Positions 58,359-64,000 of a DNA stretch of 64,000 nucleotides are shown here, in pieces (position 1 is the first letter of the stretch; every line of letters begins with the position of its first letter). Position numbers and translations under genes: made by a program. The notes under the pieces were generated by a model that worked only from the letters and a program-made list of their open reading frames with translations, was not told the origin of the DNA and made no database searches. The stretch lies in NCBI GenBank assembly GCA_963751345.1, contig CAVVUS010000047.1:32001-96000 (forward strand). Reading direction: 5' to 3'. The DNA is from an uncultured Chloroflexia bacterium (lineage in GTDB: Bacteria > Chloroflexota > Anaerolineae > B4-G1 > SLSP01).

Positions 58359-59384
58359 TCACTCCTCGCCGAGTAGCCGCCGGCGCAGTGCCTCAGGGAC
58401 GTTTCCCCCTTTGCGCAGCGTCGCCAGGATGTCATCCGCTGATAGGGGTGTCCCCACGTCGGTCTGACCTAGCTCCAAGACGGGCTCAGAATCGATCTGC
58501 CCGGCCGCCTCGGCGGCGGATACGGCGGATGAGAGGGGGACGTCGCCTGCCAGCCAGTCCAGGAGGTCGGTGAGCGTTCGGACCCGCAGGACGTCGGCTG
58601 CCGCTCTGACCGGGGCCGGCGCGCTGAGTGCGGCGCCGGGGAGGGCAACGAAGGGTTTGCGTACCTCATCCGGCTCGACATCAAGCGGCACACTGACCCG
58701 GCCCGTCAGGACGACCCGGTCGGCGGCAGCCAGGGCCACCCGCTGCAGGAGGGGGGTCCAAGCGGCCTGGTAGGCGGTGTCAGGCGGAAGCGGACTGACG
58801 ATCAGGCGGCGTTCGGCAATTCGTGGATCGCCTTCGGCGGTCGACACGGGAATGCCTGCGAGCCCCGAGCGCGCGAACAGCAGGGCCTCACCTTCTGCCG
58901 CGGCCATCTCTTCGAGAAGCAGCGTTGCCTGGGGGCTCCCCTCGTAGGCACCCAGGAGCGCGTCCTCGCCCAGCAGCAGGCTGATGGCCTCGCGAGCTGC
59001 CTCGTAGCTCTCGGGGTCGAGATCCGCCGGCGGAAAGTAGATCAGCGGACGGTTCAGCAGATCCGGATCGCCGAGGTAGGTGAGGAGCGCCGGACGCTGT
59101 CGCAGCGGCAGTGCCCGAAGCCCGCTCGGATAGCGGGGATCGACCCAGGTCAGGGCAGGTACACGAGGTGCGACTGTCGACGACTGCTTGCGGAAGCCCT
59201 CGGCCAGCCGCGTGGCCTCGTTCGACGTCAACCCGAGGCCGGCAGCGCCTGCCGGCAATCCCCGGAGCGCGTCACCCGGCGTTATGCCGTCGTCGTGCCA
59301 TCTAAGCAGGAGCTCCTTGGCTCGCAGCGTGGGGAGGCCGCTCGAAAAGAGGAACCAGGCCCAGAGGGTTGTCTCTTCTTCCAC
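58359..59384 (-). CDS. Divergent DprA/SLOG-like protein
   Basis: TWVDPRYPSGL...PALLTYLGDPDLL and LIVSPLPP resemble DprA; the core GSR/VSG.A.GID motifs are absent. Confidence 0.55.
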   Translation of the reverse strand: MEEETTLWAWFLFSSGLPTLRAKELLLRWHDDGITPGDALRGLPAGAAGLGLTSNEATRLAEGFRKQSSTVAPRVPALTWVDPRYPSGLRALPLRQRPALLTYLGDPDLLNRPLIYFPPADLDPESYEAAREAISLLLGEDALLGAYEGSPQATLLLEEMAAAEGEALLFARSGLAGIPVSTAEGDPRIAERRLIVSPLPPDTAYQAAWTPLLQRVALAAADRVVLTGRVSVPLDVEPDEVRKPFVALPGAALSAPAPVRAAADVLRVRTLTDLLDWLAGDVPLSSAVSAAEAAGQIDSEPVLELGQTDVGTPLSADDILATLRKGGNVPEALRRRLLGEE

Positions 59385-59837
59385 CTATTCCTCGGCCGGA
59401 GTCCGTTCCAGGAGGATGGTCACCGGTCCGTCGTTGACCAGTTCGACCATCATATGGGCGCCGAAGACGCCGGTCTCGACCTCCAGGTGCTCCGCACGAA
59501 CCGCCGCGATGAAGTGCTCCACTAGCGGCTCCGCGACCTCGGGAGGGGCCGCCGGCACGAAGGAAGGCCGGAATCCCTTACGAGTGTTGGCGATGAGCGT
59601 GAACTGCGACACCGTCAGAACCTTGCCGCCGATCTGCTGGACCGACAGGTTCATCTTGCCCTCCGCATCGGAGAAGATGCGCAGGTTCGCTACGCGGTGG
59701 GCCAGCCAGGCCGCTTCAGCCTCGGTGTCGCCTCCGGCGACGCCCAGCAGGACCAGGAGGCCGGGGCCAATCCGGCCCACGACCCGGTCGTCGACGGTGA
59801 CCGACGCGCGGGAGACCCTTTGGACGACGGCTCGCAT
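59385..59837 (-). CDS. dtd: D-aminoacyl-tRNA deacylase
   Basis: [23 protein letters not shown]. Confidence 0.96.
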   Translation of the reverse strand: MRAVVQRVSRASVTVDDRVVGRIGPGLLVLLGVAGGDTEAEAAWLAHRVANLRIFSDAEGKMNLSVQQIGGKVLTVSQFTLIANTRKGFRPSFVPAAPPEVAEPLVEHFIAAVRAEHLEVETGVFGAHMMVELVNDGPVTILLERTPAEE

Positions 59838-59855
59838 GTCTGTGACCTCCAGTCC

Positions 59856-60242
59856 TCAGTCGTCCCCGATGGCCACGACCTGGGCAATGGCGATGCCGCC
59901 ATCGTGGCTCAGGCTGATCGACCACGTGGTCAAGCCGAGCTCGGCCGCGCGCGCTTCGGCGCGCCCGTGCAGGACGACGTAGGGTTGGCCGCTCCGCAGG
60001 TTGAGTGTCTCCACTTCCAGCCAGCCGATCCCCGCAGGGGACATCAGCCGCATGCCGACGCCTAGTGCCTTGGAGACAGCCTCCTTGGCGGCAAACCGGG
60101 CGGCCAGCTCCGCGAGCCTCCCGCGGGAAAATCGCACTTCCGTGGGTGAATAGACGCGGTTCAGAAAGCGAGAGTCATAGCGCCCGAGGACGCGCTCAAA
60201 GCGCTTGATCTCGACGAGATCGACGCCGGTCGCCAGCTTCAC
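59856..60242 (-). CDS. acpS: Holo-[acyl-carrier-protein] synthase
   Basis: GVDLVE, AARFAAKEAVSKALG, SISLSHD. Confidence 0.95.
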   Translation of the reverse strand: MKLATGVDLVEIKRFERVLGRYDSRFLNRVYSPTEVRFSRGRLAELAARFAAKEAVSKALGVGMRLMSPAGIGWLEVETLNLRSGQPYVVLHGRAEARAAELGLTTWSISLSHDGGIAIAQVVAIGDD

Positions 60243-61531
60243 GCCGTCTCCGCCTCACCGGCATCCGGCCCAGCAATGGCCAGGGCATAGTGCTCCAGAT
60301 CGAGCCAACGCCGGGCGACGTCCTGCACCTGCTCGGATGTGACGGCACCGATCATCGCCGCATACGTCCGCAGGTAGTCGAGGCCCAGCTTGTAGCGTTC
60401 GATATTCACCAGCGAACGCGCTACGCCCTCGTTGGTCTCCAGGTAAAGCGGTAGGCTTCCCGTGAGATAGGAGATGATGTCGTCGAACTCGTCCTTCTGA
60501 ACGAGTTGCTCCCGCAGGACCTTCAGCTCATCGAGGATCAGCTCGACGCCCTGCTGGACGTTTCGGGGGTCGAAGCCACCGGCGACGCGCCACGGACCGG
60601 GCCCGCCACCACCGTCGAGGCGGCTGTAGACGTAGTAGGCGAGCCCGTGCTGCTCGCGCACGCGCTTGCCAAGACGGCCGTACATGCCAAAAACGCCCAA
60701 CACCGTGTTGGCGACAAAGCAAGGGATGAAGTCCTCGTGGCCGCGCGATGGGCCAGGCCATCCGAGCACGAGGTTGCTCTGTGTCTTTTCGGAGACGGTC
60801 ATCCGTCGCTCTTTCCTCTCGGCCAGGGGCGGGAGAGGAGGCTCGGGGGCTCGGGCCGAACGCGTCTTATGCCAACTGCCGAAGACGTTCTCCACGGCCT
60901 CGACCGCCCGCTCGGCCTCGATCCCGCCTACCACGGCGATGACCATGTTCTGCGGAGTGAAGTACGTCTCGTAGAAGGCCATCAAGTCATCCTGTGTGAT
61001 GCCGGCGATCGTCTCGGGGTAGCCCATCTGGCTCCAGTGGTAGGGATGCTCCGGCGGGTAGGCCAACTCGTAGAACGCGAGCCCGGCCAGCCGGCGGGTA
61101 TCGTGCGCGCGCTCGTGGAGATCCGTGGTGATCTCGGTGCGCACCTTCTCGATCTGGCGTGTGGGGAAGTCGGGCGCCCGCAGCACGTCGTTGAGGATGT
61201 CGAGGAGCACCGGCAGGTATTCGGCAAGCCCCTTGGCGCCGAACGAGGTAAGATGGGTCCCCGAACTGATGCCGAACGCGGCGCCGATCGACTCGACTTC
61301 CTCGTAGAGCGCATTGAAACTGCGATGCTGCGTGCTTCGCTGCATCACGTCGGTGGTGAACCCCGCCAGGCCGTGCTTACTGTCCGTCTCGTCTTCGGCA
61401 CCCGCCTGCAGGTACCCATTGACAACGACAGCAGGGCTCGCGAAGTTCTCGCGTACGAGGATTGTCACGCCGTTAGGCAATACCTTGCGTCGTGTATCGT
61501 CCGGTCCGGGGAGAGAGGGTGTTTGCCGCAT
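60239..61531 (-). CDS. M16 family peptidase, non-catalytic subunit
   Basis: M16 fold, RLGKRVREQHGLAYY, no HxxEH motif. Confidence 0.88.
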   Translation of the reverse strand: MRQTPSLPGPDDTRRKVLPNGVTILVRENFASPAVVVNGYLQAGAEDETDSKHGLAGFTTDVMQRSTQHRSFNALYEEVESIGAAFGISSGTHLTSFGAKGLAEYLPVLLDILNDVLRAPDFPTRQIEKVRTEITTDLHERAHDTRRLAGLAFYELAYPPEHPYHWSQMGYPETIAGITQDDLMAFYETYFTPQNMVIAVVGGIEAERAVEAVENVFGSWHKTRSARAPEPPLPPLAERKERRMTVSEKTQSNLVLGWPGPSRGHEDFIPCFVANTVLGVFGMYGRLGKRVREQHGLAYYVYSRLDGGGGPGPWRVAGGFDPRNVQQGVELILDELKVLREQLVQKDEFDDIISYLTGSLPLYLETNEGVARSLVNIERYKLGLDYLRTYAAMIGAVTSEQVQDVARRWLDLEHYALAIAGPDAGEAETA

Positions 61532-61534
61532 CGC

Positions 61535-62812
61535 TTAGCCTTCGTTCTGTTGGCCGAGGTACCAACCGGTGGTACGGTTGGACCGGGCAAGGTACGTCTG
61601 TGCTACCCGCTGGACGTCCTCGGCGGTCACGGCTTCGATGCCGTCGAGATAGGTGGCGAACCAATCGTAGTCGGCGAAGATGCCTGAGAAGCCGAGCCAG
61701 AAAGCCTGGTTCGAGATACTCTCACTGGAGTAGGCGAAGAGGGCGCGTGCCTGTCTCCGGGCCTTCGCCAATTCATCGTCCGACACCGGGGCGTCGCGCA
61801 GGCGGGCGATCTCCTGTTCGATCCGCTCTTCGGCCGTCTCCGGCGGCACCTCGGGCCATAGCGTGGCCGTCAGGCGGTAGAGGCCGGGATCAACGGTCGG
61901 GCTCAGGCTCCCATCGATGTCGACGGCTTTCTCCTCCTCGACCAGAGCGCGGTAGAGCCTGCTCGTATGGTTGGTGATGTGCCCGCGGCCCACGAGGAAG
62001 CCGGAACCGCCCGACAGGATGGCATTCAGCACCGTCAGCGGATGGAAGTCGGGGTGGGTCGCCGCCGGGATGTGGTAGGCGATGTCGCAGTAGTGGGTCT
62101 CACCCGCGCCCTCGACAATGACCCGGCGCTCGCCGCGCTGCGCCGGCTCCACGGCCCTTACCGCCGGCGGGTCGTCGCCCCTGGGCACGTCGCCAAAGGC
62201 CCGCTCCACCGCAGCCGTGACCTCCTCGGTATCGACATCGCCAGCTACGGCCACAATGGCGTTGTTGGGAACATAGTAGGTGTCGTAGTGGTGCTGGAGG
62301 TCGTCGCGCGTGATCGTCTCGAGATCGCATCGGTTCCCGATGGTCTCGTGCCCGTAGGGATGGACCCGATAGGCCGCCGCCGTCACCTCTTCGCTCAGTA
62401 GGAAGAGGGGGGAGTTCTCGCTGCCCTGGCGCTCGCTGACGATCACGGAGCGCTCGGACTCAACGTCGGCTTCGACGAAGTGGGCATTCCGAATGCGGTC
62501 CGACTCAATATCGAGGGCGAGATCGAGCTTGTCGACCGGCAGTGTCTCGTAGAACGTCGTGAAGTCGGACCACGTCAGGCCGTTGAAAACGCCGCCCTCG
62601 CGCGAGACACGCTGGTCCGCAGTGCCCGCAGGCCAGTGCTCGGTGCCCTTGAAAAGCATATGCTCGACCCAGTGCGAGATACCGGTGATGCCCTGGTGTT
62701 CGTTGCGCGTTCCGACCCGGTACCATATCCAGAAGCTGCCCACGGGCGCCGTACAGCTTTCCTGCACGAGCACCCGTAGCCCGTTGCCCAACGTCGTCTG
62801 GAGTGGCTTCAC
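61535..62812 (-). CDS. M16 family zinc peptidase, catalytic subunit
   Basis: GISHWVEHMLFKGT (HxxEH), ERSVIVSER, YVPNNA. Confidence 0.93.
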   Translation of the reverse strand: MKPLQTTLGNGLRVLVQESCTAPVGSFWIWYRVGTRNEHQGITGISHWVEHMLFKGTEHWPAGTADQRVSREGGVFNGLTWSDFTTFYETLPVDKLDLALDIESDRIRNAHFVEADVESERSVIVSERQGSENSPLFLLSEEVTAAAYRVHPYGHETIGNRCDLETITRDDLQHHYDTYYVPNNAIVAVAGDVDTEEVTAAVERAFGDVPRGDDPPAVRAVEPAQRGERRVIVEGAGETHYCDIAYHIPAATHPDFHPLTVLNAILSGGSGFLVGRGHITNHTSRLYRALVEEEKAVDIDGSLSPTVDPGLYRLTATLWPEVPPETAEERIEQEIARLRDAPVSDDELAKARRQARALFAYSSESISNQAFWLGFSGIFADYDWFATYLDGIEAVTAEDVQRVAQTYLARSNRTTGWYLGQQNEG

Positions 62813-62841
62813 GGCTTGTTATTTCTCCAATCGCTTGGCGC

Positions 62842-64000
62842 TCAGAGCACGCCTGTCTGGTCCAGCGGATGGCGGACGCCGCGTCCTTCGTAGCCCCGAC
62901 CGATGCCGGTGTATTCAAAGCCCAGTTCGCGGACCTTGGCGGGGTCGTAGATGTTGCGTCCATCGACCAGGACAGGCCGGACCATGGAGGCCTTGATGCG
63001 CGCCAGGTCCAGGTTCTTGAACTCGTTCCATTCGGTGACGAGGACGAGGGCGTCGGCACCGTCGGCGACCTGGTAGGCATCTTGCGCCATCTCGACATCC
63101 TGAAGGATCTCTGCGGCGCGCTCCATGGCCACCGGATCGTAGGCACGGATGGAGGCGCCCCTGCGCTGGAGGTTCCGGATGATGTCGATGGAGGGCGCGT
63201 CGCGCATGTCGTCGGTGTTGGGCTTGAAGGCCAGGCCCAGGATCCCGACGACCTTGCCCCGCAGATCGCGCCCGAGGAAGCTCTCGACCTTGCGCACGGG
63301 TGAGTGCCGCTGGTCGCGGTTGATGTCCATCACGGCGTGAAGGAGGTGCGGGTGCCGGCTCTCCACCTCAGCCATCGAGGCAAGGGCCTTGACGTCCTTG
63401 GGGAAGCACGACCCGCCCCAGCCCAGGCCTGCGTCGAGGAATGCCGGGCCGATGCGCTTGTCCAGCCCCATCCCGTACGACACCTCTTTGACGTCGGCCC
63501 CAAGCGCCTCGCAGATGTTGGCGATCTCATTGATGAACGAGATCTTCGCCGCGAGAAAGGCATTCGAAGCGTACTTGACCATCTCCGCAGTTCGGAGGTC
63601 GGTGATCATCAGGGTCGTGCGCAGCGGCAGGTGGAGTTGCGCCACTTTCTCCGCGGCCTCGCGGTTGGTGGAGCCCAGGATCACCCGATCCGGGCTGGTG
63701 AAGTCGCTGATCGCCGACCCCTCGCGCAGGAACTCGGGACACGAGACGACGTCGAAGTCGGGCACGTCGTGTCTGCGGCTGCGAATGATGTCGGCGACCC
63801 AATCGCCCGTGCCCACGGGCACCGTGGATTTGTTCACGATGATCAGATAGTGGTCCATCACGTCCGCGATGGACTCGGCAGCCATCCGTACATATCGCAG
63901 ATCGGCCTGCCCATCTACGTCCGACGGGGTGCCGACGGCAATGAAGGCGAAATCCGCATCCTTGAGCGCCTCCTCATACGAGGTCGTGAAGATGAGGCGG
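62842..64000 (-). CDS. ugd: UDP-glucose 6-dehydrogenase (5' end outside window)
   Basis: [49 protein letters not shown]. Confidence 0.95.
   Translation of the reverse strand, partial: RLIFTTSYEEALKDADFAFIAVGTPSDVDGQADLRYVRMAAESIADVMDHYLIIVNKSTVPVGTGDWVADIIRSRRHDVPDFDVVSCPEFLREGSAISDFTSPDRVILGSTNREAAEKVAQLHLPLRTTLMITDLRTAEMVKYASNAFLAAKISFINEIANICEALGADVKEVSYGMGLDKRIGPAFLDAGLGWGGSCFPKDVKALASMAEVESRHPHLLHAVMDINRDQRHSPVRKVESFLGRDLRGKVVGILGLAFKPNTDDMRDAPSIDIIRNLQRRGASIRAYDPVAMERAAEILQDVEMAQDAYQVADGADALVLVTEWNEFKNLDLARIKASMVRPVLVDGRNIYDPAKVRELGFEYTGIGRGYEGRGVRHPLDQTGVL

Noticed and set aside
11744-63303. Long antisense/alternate-frame ORFs (e.g. 11744-12751, 16792-17823, 22415-23554, 32604-33773, 35763-37145, 44075-45241, 51056-52321, 60506-61687)
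   Set aside because: Shadow ORFs expected in GC-rich DNA opposite well-supported genes; no recognisable motifs.

Overview
GC-rich bacterial chromosomal window, most likely Anaerolineae/Chloroflexota. This is an inference from Gram-positive-type LexA boxes, a GT39/ArnT-like protein with repeated C-terminal beta-sandwich domains, a PA14/Pro-Thr surface protein and an AOR. It holds about 50 genes: fused L-serine dehydratase plus an OCD/mu-crystallin enzyme; a LexA-controlled imuB-dnaE2 mutagenesis cassette with no adjacent imuA, bracketed by a diverged 93-bp direct repeat of the yjbQ 3' end; several gene scraps; catabolic clusters (RraA-SDR-MlrC; transglutaminase-like/MFS/Fe-ADH/AOR; FAD oxidoreductase; amidase; GH20); two ABC exporters; paired Zn-ribbon membrane proteins; a 4xPA14 surface protein; uvrA; a GAF-GAF histidine kinase; rubrerythrin; a K+-independent membrane pyrophosphatase; an ECF-promoter Lia-like membrane trio; Trx-VKOR; tandem atypical RpiR regulators; and a ugd-M16-M16-acpS-dtd-dprA-like operon. 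Several families of REP-like palindromes occur, including a ~97-bp tandem array. At least nine genes are split by single-base frameshifts, probably long-read assembly errors. No rRNA, tRNA, CRISPR array, integrase or transposase was seen. All calls come from motif recognition by eye; no database searches were run.
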